The notes under the pieces are model-generated. The model was not told the origin of the DNA, searched no databases, and was given only the letters and a program-made list of their open reading frames with translations. DNA of 64,000 nt. Source: Burkholderiaceae bacterium. Its GTDB lineage: Bacteria > Pseudomonadota > Gammaproteobacteria > Burkholderiales > Burkholderiaceae_E. The DNA lies in the NCBI GenBank assembly GCA_040401595.1, contig JBBAOE010000003.1, positions 139,459 through 203,458 of the forward strand, given 5' to 3'. Positions 1 through 8,958 of the stretch are shown here, piece after piece; within the stretch, counting starts at the first letter, position 1, and each line of letters begins with the position of its first letter. A program made the position numbers and the translations under genes.

Positions 1-1544
1 ACGGAAGATCCGGCGAACTCCACCCCCACCTTTTCGCCGGCCGCGTTGGTCAGCGTAGTGAACCAGCCATTGTGTGAGTCACCGGAGAGTGTCACCAGAC
101 GCTTGCCCTGCGATTTGGCAGCCGTATAGATCGCTTCGCGGTTGGTGGTGTAGCCATCCCAGGCGTCGAGGTTATACGGGATCCGCGGATTCGTTTTGGG
201 ATCCAGCAGGGCGGTCTGGGCCGGGGACAATGCGCCGGCGCCAGCAGCGGCGGCTGCAGCGGGTGTGGCGCCCGCGGCCAAGGCGGCTGCGGTCACACCA
301 AAACGGGTGGCTTTGGCCGTCAGGAAGTCCGAGATCGCCTTGCCGACCGCCGCCTGATTGGCAGGGGTTGGGCTCGCAAACGCCGCATTTTGTGCCGTGC
401 CCACGTTTGCCGGGAGCGCCATGCGGGCCATGATCACCTGGTTACCCAGGATTTGCCAGGTGGCCGTGGAGGCCTTCATGCCGTCGGTGAGCCACGTCTG
501 CTGTTCCGTGCTGATGATGCGTTGGTTCGCATCGGTTCCGGTTCCCAGGGCGGTCAGGTAACGCGTCACCCCGCCGTCTGCGTCGCCGTAGTTATCGTAC
601 TGGCGCGTTCGACCTTCGATTCGGGTATCGAGCATATGCAAGGTCATCAGGCTGCCGAAGTCAAAGCGGCGATAAATCTTGAGCAGGTTGCCGCTGGCAT
701 CCGTGCGGATCGGCATCCACTCGTGGTACGCGCGGGAGGCATTGGCCTTGCGCACAGCCCAGTCCCCTTGGGTCGCCGGGTTATGGTTTTCGGCGCCAGT
801 GACGTAGGCGTTATTGGCGAACTCGTGATCATCCCAGATGGCGATGAGCGGCATTTTGGCGTGCAAGGCCTGCAGGCTGGCGTCGCTACGATAGGTCGCG
901 TAGCGCGTCCGGTAGTCCTCGAGCGAGACGATTTCACTGGCCGGGGCCGTGACTCGGCCAAGCGTCACCGCATCGGCATTGCCATAGCCCGCTGGGTTCG
1001 AGCTGTATTCGTAGATGTAGTCGCCCAGATGGATGGCGTACTGCGCATCGGATTTGGCGGCGGCGTCATAAGCGTTGAAATATCCCTGGGAATACAGCGA
1101 GCAGGAGAACACCGCGAGTTTCACCGAAGCGACGTCGCTCTTGGGCAGTGTTCGGGTGATACCGACGGGCGAGAAGGCTCGGGTGGCGTCCAGGAATCGG
1201 TAGTAGTAGGTGGTGCCCGCGCTCAACCCGGTGACATCCACTTTGGTGGTGAAGCCTGTCTCCGGACTCGACAGGCAAGACCCCGATTTGACGATCGTCG
1301 AAAACGCGCTGTCGGTGGCCACTTCATAGGTGAGTGGGACGCTGAGGTTCGAATCGATCGACTTGGCGTGGGTCCAGAGGATGACCCGGTCGGTCAGGGG
1401 GTCGCCGCTCGCGACGCCGTAGCGATATTCCGCCGGCGTCAGGGGGGACTCGCCGCAGGCGCTCAGCGCAGCACTGGAGGCGACGACGGCTGCTGCCGAT
1501 GCGGATTTGAGGAGGAACTCGCGGCGATCGTTGGTCTTGGTCAT
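1..1544 (-). CDS. phoD: Alkaline phosphatase D family protein (PhoD), N-terminal ~514 codons; C-terminus lies beyond the left edge
   Basis: Absent from the ORF track because it has no in-window stop. The minus-strand ATG at 1544 has GGAG 7 nt upstream. It reads MTKTNDRREFLLKSASAAAVVASSAALSACGESPLTPAEYRYGVASGDP and stays open to position 1. Motifs seen: IAIWDDHEFANN and LSGDSHNGW. Twin-arginine RREFL is followed by an LSAC lipobox. Confidence 0.85.
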   Translation of the reverse strand, partial: MTKTNDRREFLLKSASAAAVVASSAALSACGESPLTPAEYRYGVASGDPLTDRVILWTHAKSIDSNLSVPLTYEVATDSAFSTIVKSGSCLSSPETGFTTKVDVTGLSAGTTYYYRFLDATRAFSPVGITRTLPKSDVASVKLAVFSCSLYSQGYFNAYDAAAKSDAQYAIHLGDYIYEYSSNPAGYGNADAVTLGRVTAPASEIVSLEDYRTRYATYRSDASLQALHAKMPLIAIWDDHEFANNAYVTGAENHNPATQGDWAVRKANASRAYHEWMPIRTDASGNLLKIYRRFDFGSLMTLHMLDTRIEGRTRQYDNYGDADGGVTRYLTALGTGTDANQRIISTEQQTWLTDGMKASTATWQILGNQVIMARMALPANVGTAQNAAFASPTPANQAAVGKAISDFLTAKATRFGVTAAALAAGATPAAAAAAGAGALSPAQTALLDPKTNPRIPYNLDAWDGYTTNREAIYTAAKSQGKRLVTLSGDSHNGWFTTLTNAAGEKVGVEFAGSS

Positions 1545-1586
1545 GTCTGGACTCCGGATAAGAGCCCGGATTAACGCAAGGCTTCA

Positions 1587-1604
1587 GTGACACCATCGTG
1601 AAAA
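1587..1604 (-). promoter_or_regulatory. Pho-box-like direct repeat upstream of phoD
   Basis: Read on the minus strand it is TTTTCAC-gatg-GTGTCAC. These are two 7-mers at 11-bp phasing, resembling the PhoB box CTGTCAT-N4-CTGTCAT. The box ends 43 bp upstream of the phoD ATG, where a -35 element would sit. Confidence 0.5.
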
Positions 1605-1729
1605 TCAAAGCCCGGGGTGCAACGCCATCGCGTTCGGTTGTTCGTCCTGACAGTACGCTCAGTCGTTATTTTTTATGAAACGGTCCTGTGCAGCAGAACA
1701 GCGGGTCTCGAGCCATGGGATCTCATGCC

Positions 1730-1747
1730 CTGTCACTGTCTTGACAT
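1730..1747 (+). promoter_or_regulatory. Pho-box-like direct repeat upstream of the btaA-like gene
   Basis: The plus strand reads CTGTCAC-tgtc-TTGACAT. It has the same orientation as the downstream gene and lies about 130 bp before ATG 1875. Confidence 0.45.
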
Positions 1748-1842
1748 GGTTGGTGTTCAGACTACTTCGAAGCGATAGCAACGGTTGATCCGATCTCGCC
1801 CGGTTATCCCCGCCATTGTTGATCGATGCCTCGACGCACTGT

Positions 1843-1872
1843 CCTGGAGAATTCTGGAGACCTCTGGAGAAT
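1843..1872 (+). repeat. Three tandem 10-bp units containing CTGGAGA
   Basis: The units are TCCTGGAGAAT, TCTGGAGACC and TCTGGAGAAT. CTGGAGA starts at 1844, 1854 and 1864, an exact 10-bp period. The last copy supplies a GGAGA Shine-Dalgarno 4 nt before ATG 1875. Confidence 0.6.
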
Positions 1873-1874
1873 TC

Positions 1875-3095
1875 ATGCAAGCGACTGATACCTCCACATT
1901 ACTTGCAGACGCCGTGTATGGGCACCGCGCGCAAGGTCATGTCGGCATTCTGGATCGACTCTTCGCGCGCTGGTTCGAGCGCTTGGTCTATACCCAAATT
2001 TGGGAAGATCCAGCCTGCGACCTCGAGGCCATGGCGGTCGAGTCCCATCATCGGATCATCACCATCGCATCGGCGGGATGTAATGCGTTGGCCTATTTGC
2101 TGGCGGATCCGGCGGAGGTGGTTGCAGTCGATCTGAATCGGGCGCATCTGGCACTGCTCGATCTGAAAGCGGGGGCGCTGCGGGCGTTCGACCATCATCA
2201 GGATTTCCTGGAAATGTTTGGCCGCGGCCATTCGAAAGCGAACATTGCACGGTTTCGCCAGCACATCGCACCGCTGCTCTCGGTCGAGGCGCGTCGTTGG
2301 TGGATGGCTCGGGATGCGTTTGGCCGACCCCGCATCAGCATGTTTACGACAGGCCTGCATCGGCATGGGCTGACTGGACGCTTCATTGGCATTGTTCATG
2401 CGTGGGCGCGCCTGCGAGGGGTTCGCCTCGAAGACTGGACGCTGGCCAAGACGCCCCAGGAACAGGCTGTCTGGTTTGATACCAAGGTCGCGCGACTCTT
2501 TGATGGTGCACTGGTCCGCCGACTTGCCGCTTCGCCTCCGGTTGTCTGGAATTTGGGTATCCCGCCGTCGCAGCATGAGGCGCTGTGCGACGGGGAGGTC
2601 CAGAGCATGGCGGGCGTATTGCGCGAGCGCGCTCGGCGTCTCGCAACGATCGCGCCGGTCGCTGACAACTGGTTTGCCTGGCAGGCATTCGCACGGCGAT
2701 ACAACGTCGAAGAGGGGCCCTTGCCGCCCTATCTGGAGGCGAAAGCCTTTGGGCTGCTGAAAACTCGGGTCGATCGATTGCAAATGGCCCATGAAAACCT
2801 GCGGGTGGTCTTGACCGGTCGTACGACCGCCAGCCTTGATCGTTTTGTGCTGTTGGACGCGCAGGATTGGATGTCAGACGATGAACTCGTTCGCCTGTGG
2901 CAAGAAATTACCCGGACGGCACGGCCAGGCGCACGCGTGATTTTCCGGACGGCCGGTGTTACATCTCCACTGGAGCGGGCATTGCCACGTGCGATCGCCG
3001 AACGTTGGCGGGCAGATCATGTCACGGCTGATCGACTGCATGCGCGCGATCGTTCTGCAATTTATGGTGGTTTTCATCTGATGCATCTGATTTGA
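1875..3095 (+). CDS. BtaA-like (DUF3419) S-adenosylmethionine:diacylglycerol 3-amino-3-carboxypropyl transferase family protein
   Basis: This is ORF 1785..3095 trimmed to ATG 1875, which has a GGAGA RBS. Motifs: RLVYTQIWEDP and ITIASAGCNALAYL (Gly-rich SAM-type), characteristic of the BtaA/DUF3419 family. The TTG at 1785 is probably not the real start. Confidence 0.75.
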   Translation: MQATDTSTLLADAVYGHRAQGHVGILDRLFARWFERLVYTQIWEDPACDLEAMAVESHHRIITIASAGCNALAYLLADPAEVVAVDLNRAHLALLDLKAGALRAFDHHQDFLEMFGRGHSKANIARFRQHIAPLLSVEARRWWMARDAFGRPRISMFTTGLHRHGLTGRFIGIVHAWARLRGVRLEDWTLAKTPQEQAVWFDTKVARLFDGALVRRLAASPPVVWNLGIPPSQHEALCDGEVQSMAGVLRERARRLATIAPVADNWFAWQAFARRYNVEEGPLPPYLEAKAFGLLKTRVDRLQMAHENLRVVLTGRTTASLDRFVLLDAQDWMSDDELVRLWQEITRTARPGARVIFRTAGVTSPLERALPRAIAERWRADHVTADRLHARDRSAIYGGFHLMHLI

Positions 3096-3097
3096 AG

Positions 3098-4270
3098 ATG
3101 CGTTTGAGCCCGGATCTGGCTGGCCACCGCCCTGGGGTGATACAAGCGGCCGGGATGGCCGATCCGATCGCTCTGCGGCCATGGATCAGCAATGCGGATG
3201 CGGTGTTGCAGATCGTGGCGACACCGTCAGGGGATGTGCCTGTCCTGATTCCAGATCGTTCTTTTAGTCTAAGCAATCGTTACGGTGCGAACTCAGAGCC
3301 GCCAACCCGGCTCGCCGAACGGGCCTGGGTTACGTGTCTTTGGTCGGGGTCAGCCGGTTATGCGATCGATGAATGGGCGGCCCGGCAGGATCCTCGCTGG
3401 GCCCGGGGCCTCAGGCCATTCGCACGGCTGACCGCCGGACTGTCCTGGATGCTGGGCCCGTGGCGGGGAGCGGTTCAGGTCGGGAGCTGGCCTTTATCGA
3501 CCAGTCTTCGCGAAACGCTGCAGGTGGTGGATTTGCTCGGGGTGCTCGATACTGCCATCGAGCGCTTTCCAGACTGCCCCATTGCGCTCCGGCATGTGTT
3601 TGCGGACAGCCCGCCCGAGTTGCTTGAAGCCCTGACGCAAAGGGGCTTTCGGGCGCTTCCCGCCCGCGTGGTCTACGACCTCGACGCTACTCAGGTCTGC
3701 AAGCCCAAGGCCTCTCATCTGAAGCGCGACCTCGCCCTGCTGGCGCGTTCAGACTTGACCGTGATCGCAGATTCCGACTTCACGCAAGAAGACATCGAAG
3801 CTGCGTTGCGCATGTATCAGGGGGTCTATCGACGCCGCCACAGTTTGCGTAATCCTGACTATTGCGCCGGTTTCATCCAGTGGACCCGGCAGCGCGGCTT
3901 GATTGAGTTGCTCGGTTTGCGTTCTGCAACAGGGGAATTACGGGCCTTCGCCGCCCGGCACGATCAGGGGGCGACGACGAGTGTGCCACTGCTTGGCTAC
4001 GATCTCGAGGCCGACCGTCGCGATGGACTCTATCGCCAACTGGTCGCGGCTCTGGTGCGTGAGGCTGGCGTTCGGAACCAGAGATTCGATTTCTCCAGCG
4101 GCGCTGGCGACTTCAAGCGTAAGCGCGGATTTGAACCACGACTGGAAATGACCATGCTGCGCGCGCCGTCCCAGTCGCTGCTGCAATGGCCTGTCGGGCT
4201 GGCCTTACGTCTCGCGGCAGCGGGAACATCGTTTCTGAGTATGGAACGGTTGATCGCCGCCGGTGCCTGA
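3098..4270 (+). CDS. GNAT-fold acyl/aminoacyl transferase, FemAB/CelD (BioF2-like) type
   Basis: ATG 3098 lies 3 nt after the upstream TGA (3093-3095). The C-terminal LYRQLVAALVREAG..FDFSSGAGDFKRKRGF resembles the FemAB/CelD-type acetyltransferase domain. Confidence 0.6.
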   Translation: MRLSPDLAGHRPGVIQAAGMADPIALRPWISNADAVLQIVATPSGDVPVLIPDRSFSLSNRYGANSEPPTRLAERAWVTCLWSGSAGYAIDEWAARQDPRWARGLRPFARLTAGLSWMLGPWRGAVQVGSWPLSTSLRETLQVVDLLGVLDTAIERFPDCPIALRHVFADSPPELLEALTQRGFRALPARVVYDLDATQVCKPKASHLKRDLALLARSDLTVIADSDFTQEDIEAALRMYQGVYRRRHSLRNPDYCAGFIQWTRQRGLIELLGLRSATGELRAFAARHDQGATTSVPLLGYDLEADRRDGLYRQLVAALVREAGVRNQRFDFSSGAGDFKRKRGFEPRLEMTMLRAPSQSLLQWPVGLALRLAAAGTSFLSMERLIAAGA

Positions 4271-4297
4271 ACGATTCGAGTTCAGTAGGATCCAGAC

Positions 4298-5230
4298 TCA
4301 GGCTGGGACCAGTAGCGCTCTTCGTTCCAGAATCTCGAATTCTTCGCCGCTCTGGCTTCCGGGTTTGCAATGCAGGATCTGCAACTCACCCGCATGCGTC
4401 TCCACGAGCGCAGTGAGGCTTTCAACCCAGTCCCCGTCATTGCAATACAGGATCCCATCAAGATCGTGAATGGCCGAGCGGTGAATGTGTCCGCACACGA
4501 CACCATCGAAGCCACGCCGACGCGCTTCCCCCGCCAGGGCCTGCTCAAAATTTGAAATGAACGAGACGGCGTTCTTGACCTTGTGCTTGAGGTATTGCGA
4601 GAGCGACCAGTACGGCTGACCGAGGTGATGCCGGAGTCGGTTGTAGTGGCGATTCAGCCATAAGGTGACGGTATAGGCGCGGTCACCCAGGTGTGCAAGC
4701 CATCGCGCATGGCGCATGACACCATCAAATTCGTCGCCATGCACGACCCATAAACGCCGTCCGTCCGCGGTCACGTGAACGGTTTCGGTAACGACTTCGA
4801 TCCCGCCGAACGCAAGACCGCCAAATTGCCTGGCCGCCTCGTCATGGTTACCGGGGATGTAGACGACCCGCGTCCCTTTACGGGCTTTGCGAAGCAGTTT
4901 CTGGATGACATCGTTGTGCGCCTGCGGCCAGAACCAGCGACGCTTCAGCGCCCATGCATCAACAATGTCACCGACCAGGTAGATTGTGTCTGCTTCGTAG
5001 TCGCGCAGAAACGCGAGCAGGGCCTCCGCCTGACACCCTGCGGTTCCGAGGTGAATGTCGGAGATGAAGACGGCACGCAGAGCATTGGGGGCAGCCAGGC
5101 TGTCGCCCTCGGAGGGTGTTAGCTGCGCCTGGCGTCGGTTTCCTGATCCGGCGCCGTGCTCAGAGCCCTCCAACAGGAGCTCATGGGCGATCAGATCCTT
5201 GAGCAGAGGCTGAGCGAGGGATGCATTCAT
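4298..5230 (-). CDS. Metallophosphoesterase of the LpxH / PlcP (phospholipase C) type
   Basis: Calcineurin-like motifs are present: VFISDIHLG, YLVGDIVD, IPGNHDE, VVHGDEFD and VCGHIH. Start is ATG at 5230. Confidence 0.8.
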   Translation of the reverse strand: MNASLAQPLLKDLIAHELLLEGSEHGAGSGNRRQAQLTPSEGDSLAAPNALRAVFISDIHLGTAGCQAEALLAFLRDYEADTIYLVGDIVDAWALKRRWFWPQAHNDVIQKLLRKARKGTRVVYIPGNHDEAARQFGGLAFGGIEVVTETVHVTADGRRLWVVHGDEFDGVMRHARWLAHLGDRAYTVTLWLNRHYNRLRHHLGQPYWSLSQYLKHKVKNAVSFISNFEQALAGEARRRGFDGVVCGHIHRSAIHDLDGILYCNDGDWVESLTALVETHAGELQILHCKPGSQSGEEFEILERRALLVPA

Positions 5231-5272
5231 GCCGGTTCCAGTTTGCCTGTGCCGGTATTAAACGGAACGCCT

Positions 5273-5290
5273 TTGACGGGATCATGACAA
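5273..5290 (-). promoter_or_regulatory. Pho-box-like direct repeat upstream of the PlcP-like gene
   Basis: The minus strand reads TTGTCAT-gatc-CCGTCAA. It ends 43 bp upstream of ATG 5230, the same spacing as at phoD. Confidence 0.5.
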
Positions 5291-5299
5291 CTGATGGTT

Positions 5300-6193
5300 T
5301 TAGGTTGGTTGTTGGTTTTTTGCGTTGTCCGGCAGAACCATCAGTGCCTGCCCCATCTGGATTCGCTGCCCTGACTGAATACCGTGCGCTAGGCGAAAGC
5401 CTTTGGGCGCAAACACGATGATGGTGGAGCCATGTTCGAACCAGCCCAGTTCTTCGCCCTTGCCAAATGCGTGAGCGCATGGAATTTCGTTGGGGCCTTT
5501 CCAACGCAGGTGCATCAGGATATTGATTGCATGAAGGCGGATGCTCGCAACCAGAACGGCGGCTACCGGGACGATTGCCAGCGGATGATTGGCTGCGCCG
5601 ATTCGGGTTCTGAGAACAGCTCGTTCGTTTTTGCAGAACAGACGCTCGACCCGCTTGAGAGCGATCGGGTTGACATTCCAGACGTCACCGCTGAGATAAG
5701 TAACGTGATCCAGTTGTCCATCGTAGGGGGCATGGAAGCGGTGATACATCGAGGAAGTCAATCTCAGGGTGACATAGGTCCCGTCGACAAACGGGCTAAT
5801 GTCCTGGGAAGGTCCGAATAATTCTCGAATTGAGTATGGATAGCCCTTGGCCTGAAAGACCTCTATCCCCCGTACATCTCCACAGGCGCCCACGATTGCA
5901 TCGCATGGACTGCTGAGCGTATCGGGATCATGATCGACGCGCCGGGCCCCGGGCTTTAGTTCCCGGATGAAGCACTCGCGCAAACTGTTGAACCGTTGCT
6001 GACGGGCTTCCGAGAGATCGAGATCTGTGAAGACTCGCCAGACGGCAATGGAAAATCGCGTCAGTAGAGGGCTTCGGATCGCGCTGTATCGACCCATCCA
6101 CTGCGTTAGCAAGATCCGCGGGATTCGGTTGGTCAGCAGAAAATTCAGGTCTTCCTGAAGAAAAAGACGATCACGCAATCTGGAGAGCTTCAT
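5300..6193 (-). CDS. Phosphatidylserine decarboxylase family protein (pyruvoyl-dependent)
   Basis: Motifs: MYHRFHAPYDG, SGDVWNVNP and C-terminal GWFEHGSTIIVF, which carries the G-S-T self-processing site typical of Psd proenzymes. Confidence 0.8.
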   Translation of the reverse strand: MKLSRLRDRLFLQEDLNFLLTNRIPRILLTQWMGRYSAIRSPLLTRFSIAVWRVFTDLDLSEARQQRFNSLRECFIRELKPGARRVDHDPDTLSSPCDAIVGACGDVRGIEVFQAKGYPYSIRELFGPSQDISPFVDGTYVTLRLTSSMYHRFHAPYDGQLDHVTYLSGDVWNVNPIALKRVERLFCKNERAVLRTRIGAANHPLAIVPVAAVLVASIRLHAINILMHLRWKGPNEIPCAHAFGKGEELGWFEHGSTIIVFAPKGFRLAHGIQSGQRIQMGQALMVLPDNAKNQQPT

Positions 6194-6243
6194 CGTTTCG
6201 TCAAATCCCAGTGTTATAAAACAGTGACAACATTGCGGAGGCG

Positions 6244-7902
6244 TTGAACATCATGGAAGCTTTAGCCATGTCTGCGTTGGCTCTCGGTACCCTGGCTGCA
6301 GGTTGGCCGGCCGCCTCGCAGCGAATTGCGCTGTCGCGGGCCAAACACCGCTCGCTGGCGGGTCACTCGAGAATGGCCAAGCGAGTGGCGTCGCTGATCC
6401 CTGGATACAGCTACGACGAGACTGGTTTTTTCGCGGCCGATGATGCATCCCCAGAAATCGTGGCGCGGCGACGCGCTGGTTTTCTCGATCTCTGCCAGAC
6501 GCTCGGAACGCGCCATGCCAAGACCATCGCCATGAGCGATCAGGCGCGCGACTATCTTCCCGATATGCAATTCACCGGTCGTTACCGGGTACCGTTTCAG
6601 TTCAGCCCGTACCTGCGCAGTCATCTTAAGCTGGGCAGCTTTGTGCAGTCGTCCGCTGGCGTGACGGTTGAGGATCTGGATGGCCAGAGATTCATGGATC
6701 TCACTGGTTCTTACGGTGTCAATGTATTTGGCTATGATTTCTATAAAGAAACGATTGCCGAAGGCGTTTCTCGCGTGGCTGAGCTGGGGCCAGTGCTGGG
6801 CGCCTACCATCCGGTCGTTCTGGATGTCATCAAGCGCCTGCGCGTCATCTCCGGGCTTGAGGAGGTGAGCTTCCACATGTCGGGCACCGAGGCGGTGATG
6901 CAGGCCGTGCGCGTTGCCCGTTACCGGTCCGGGCGGACGCATCTGGTCCGATTCTGCGGCGCGTATCACGGCTGGTGGGAGGACGTGCAACCTGGCCCGG
7001 GTAACCCCTTGCCGCCCCGACAAACCTATACGCTGCAGGACCTCTCTGAGCGGTCGTTGCGTGTGCTTGAGACGCGGCGCGATATTGCCTGTGTGCTGAT
7101 CAATCCGCTGCAGGCACTGCACCCCAACGCCAGCGCGCCTGGCGATTCGACCCTGGTCGACAGTTCGCGTCGGGCCGGATTTGATCGGGCCGCCTATGCG
7201 TCGTGGTTGCGTGAACTGCGTCGAATTTGTACCGCACGCGGTATCGCGCTGATTTTTGATGAGGTCTTTTTGGGGTTCCGGCTGGCACCGGGTGGTGCGC
7301 AGGAGTATTTCGGCGTGCAGGCGGATCTCGTCACCTACGGCAAGACGCTCGGCGGCGGCCTGCCGGTCGGTGTCGTGTGCGGCAAGCGCGAGTGGATGCA
7401 ACGTTTCAATGAGCAGCATCCGGCCGATCTCTGCTTTGCGCGCGGGACCTTCAACGCGCATCCACATGTGATGGGCGCAATGTTGTCGTTTTTGGAGCGA
7501 CTCGAAACGCCCGAGGTCCAGGCGATTTATGCTGATCTCGATAACACTTGGAACCGACGTGCGCAGGAGCTCAATGAGCGGCTCCGACAGGCTGGCGCTC
7601 CGGTGCGGGTCACGAATCTTTCGACGGTCTGGACGGTGCTCTACGACTCCCCGTCGCGCTACAACTGGATGTTCCAGTTCTACTTGCGGGCCGAAGGCTT
7701 GTTGCTCAGCTGGGTCGGCAGTGGCCGATTGATTTTCAGTCTGAACTATCACGACACTGATTTCGAAGAAGTGGCCGAGCGCTTTTGTCGCGCCGCACAG
7801 GCGATGCGACGCGACGGCTGGTGGTGGGAAGGATCGCAACTGAGCAATCAGCAGATTCGACGCACCCTGTTGCGGGAAATGCTGGGTCGGCTGCGCGCTT
7901 AA
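6244..7902 (+). CDS. Class-III (glutamate-1-semialdehyde aminomutase-like) PLP aminotransferase with an N-terminal extension
   Basis: Motifs: HMSGTEAVMQAVRVAR, FDEVFLGFR and YGKTLGGGLP (PLP lysine). At 552 aa it has about 100 extra N-terminal residues that begin with a hydrophobic stretch. The start is uncertain: TTG 6244, ATG 6253 or ATG 6268. Confidence 0.85.
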   Translation: MNIMEALAMSALALGTLAAGWPAASQRIALSRAKHRSLAGHSRMAKRVASLIPGYSYDETGFFAADDASPEIVARRRAGFLDLCQTLGTRHAKTIAMSDQARDYLPDMQFTGRYRVPFQFSPYLRSHLKLGSFVQSSAGVTVEDLDGQRFMDLTGSYGVNVFGYDFYKETIAEGVSRVAELGPVLGAYHPVVLDVIKRLRVISGLEEVSFHMSGTEAVMQAVRVARYRSGRTHLVRFCGAYHGWWEDVQPGPGNPLPPRQTYTLQDLSERSLRVLETRRDIACVLINPLQALHPNASAPGDSTLVDSSRRAGFDRAAYASWLRELRRICTARGIALIFDEVFLGFRLAPGGAQEYFGVQADLVTYGKTLGGGLPVGVVCGKREWMQRFNEQHPADLCFARGTFNAHPHVMGAMLSFLERLETPEVQAIYADLDNTWNRRAQELNERLRQAGAPVRVTNLSTVWTVLYDSPSRYNWMFQFYLRAEGLLLSWVGSGRLIFSLNYHDTDFEEVAERFCRAAQAMRRDGWWWEGSQLSNQQIRRTLLREMLGRLRA

Positions 7903-8105
7903 GTTGACCAAGCGCAGCCTCTATCGTATTTGGCGAGGGCTGCGCTCTGTTGCGTAAGCGGTGCGGTCTTCTCCGGGGCAGAACGGCCATTAGACAAGGC
8001 CGGCGCTTACGGCCTCAGCACCCAGACTTCAGATGTCTGTCGCGACTTCGTCGTTCCGTCCCGCTGTCCCGTGCTGTGACGTTCCAGGGGGGCCGCGCTG
8101 CGTGT

Positions 8106-8828
8106 TCAGGCGTGCCGATTGGACGGGTCGGTCACGTGGTCCATCGGGTCAATGCGCTGCCCCCGCAACAGAAAGAGCGGGGCCGTGTGGTACATCTTGA
8201 TGTCATGAAACGGGTCGGTGATGATCTTGAATGCCCAAGCGATCGCTGTTTTGGCGTCTCGGATCACGACCAGTTGTGCAACCCGGAACAGCAGGCCGCC
8301 AACCCCGATCGCGAACCAGACAAGACCGACCGAATGCCAGAACTCTGACATGGTGGTCCAGGCTGGGAGTGCACCAAACAGGTCCGGCACGAACCAGACG
8401 ACCAGGGGGCTCGCCGCCCACAATCCCATCAATACCACCTTGCGCATCAGGTTGTAGCCCACCTTGATTTCTTCCTTGTGCTCGTGGGTCGCTTGATTCA
8501 CCTCGTCGTAGCCTTTGGGCTCGAAGAAGAAATGTCCAGCCTGCCGACTCGTCATCGACACGCCCCATGCCAACAAGGCGGCATAGGCCGGGTCCACGAA
8601 CAAGAGCGCGTACGCCGTGACAAAGCACAGCGCGCTCAGGAGATGGAGGCTCTGGTTGATTCGGCAATGATGGTAGTAGCGATGATCGTCCCAGCGCAGG
8701 ACCGCGAGCGATTCAAAAAACTCTTTCACGTGGTTACCATCAAAAAGAATGACCTCAGGGTCTTCGGTCACAGTTGACAAAATCCAGCCGCTTGCCGCGA
8801 GCGCACTGCTTAGGGTGTGCCGCCTCAA
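8106..8828 (-). CDS. Polytopic membrane protein of unknown function (His-rich motif)
   Basis: It has several hydrophobic helices and a YYHHCRINQSLHLLSALCF motif, followed by AGHFFFEP. I could not place it in a family with confidence. The start (TTG 8828) is uncertain. Confidence 0.55.
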   Translation of the reverse strand: MRRHTLSSALAASGWILSTVTEDPEVILFDGNHVKEFFESLAVLRWDDHRYYHHCRINQSLHLLSALCFVTAYALLFVDPAYAALLAWGVSMTSRQAGHFFFEPKGYDEVNQATHEHKEEIKVGYNLMRKVVLMGLWAASPLVVWFVPDLFGALPAWTTMSEFWHSVGLVWFAIGVGGLLFRVAQLVVIRDAKTAIAWAFKIITDPFHDIKMYHTAPLFLLRGQRIDPMDHVTDPSNRHA

Positions 8829-8861
8829 ACGCTGCCATAAGGCTCATCTTGTCTAGGATTT

Positions 8862-8890
8862 GTGACATCTTGCTGACAGAAAAATGACGA
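8862..8890 (-). promoter_or_regulatory. Triple phased Pho-box-like array upstream of the membrane-protein gene
   Basis: The minus strand reads TCGTCAT-tttt-CTGTCAG-caag-ATGTCAC, three 7-mers at exact 11-bp phasing. Confidence 0.55.
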
Positions 8891-8917
8891 ATTGATGTCA
8901 TTTCTCGGTAGCATCGA

Positions 8918-8935
8918 CTGTCATCACATTGTCTC
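8918..8935 (+). promoter_or_regulatory. Pho-box-like direct repeat upstream of the glycosyltransferase gene
   Basis: The plus strand reads CTGTCAT-caca-TTGTCTC, with an additional ATGTCAT half-site at 8895-8901. It overlaps the TTG 8929 given in the ORF track, which argues for ATG 8959 as the true start. Confidence 0.4.
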
Positions 8936-8958
8936 AGTCCGCTTGCAGAATTCGGCTC

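Noticed and set aside
6213-6230. Possible seventh Pho box (minus strand TTGTCAC-tgtt-TTATAAC) in the psd-like/aminotransferase divergent spacer
   Set aside because: Only the first half-site is good. The element ends just 20 bp before ATG 6193, too close for a normal -35 replacement. I kept it out of the feature list.
7911-7946. 9-bp stem AGCGCAGCC / GGCTGCGCT after the aminotransferase stop
   Set aside because: The loop is 18 nt and no U-tract follows, so the support for an intrinsic terminator is weak.
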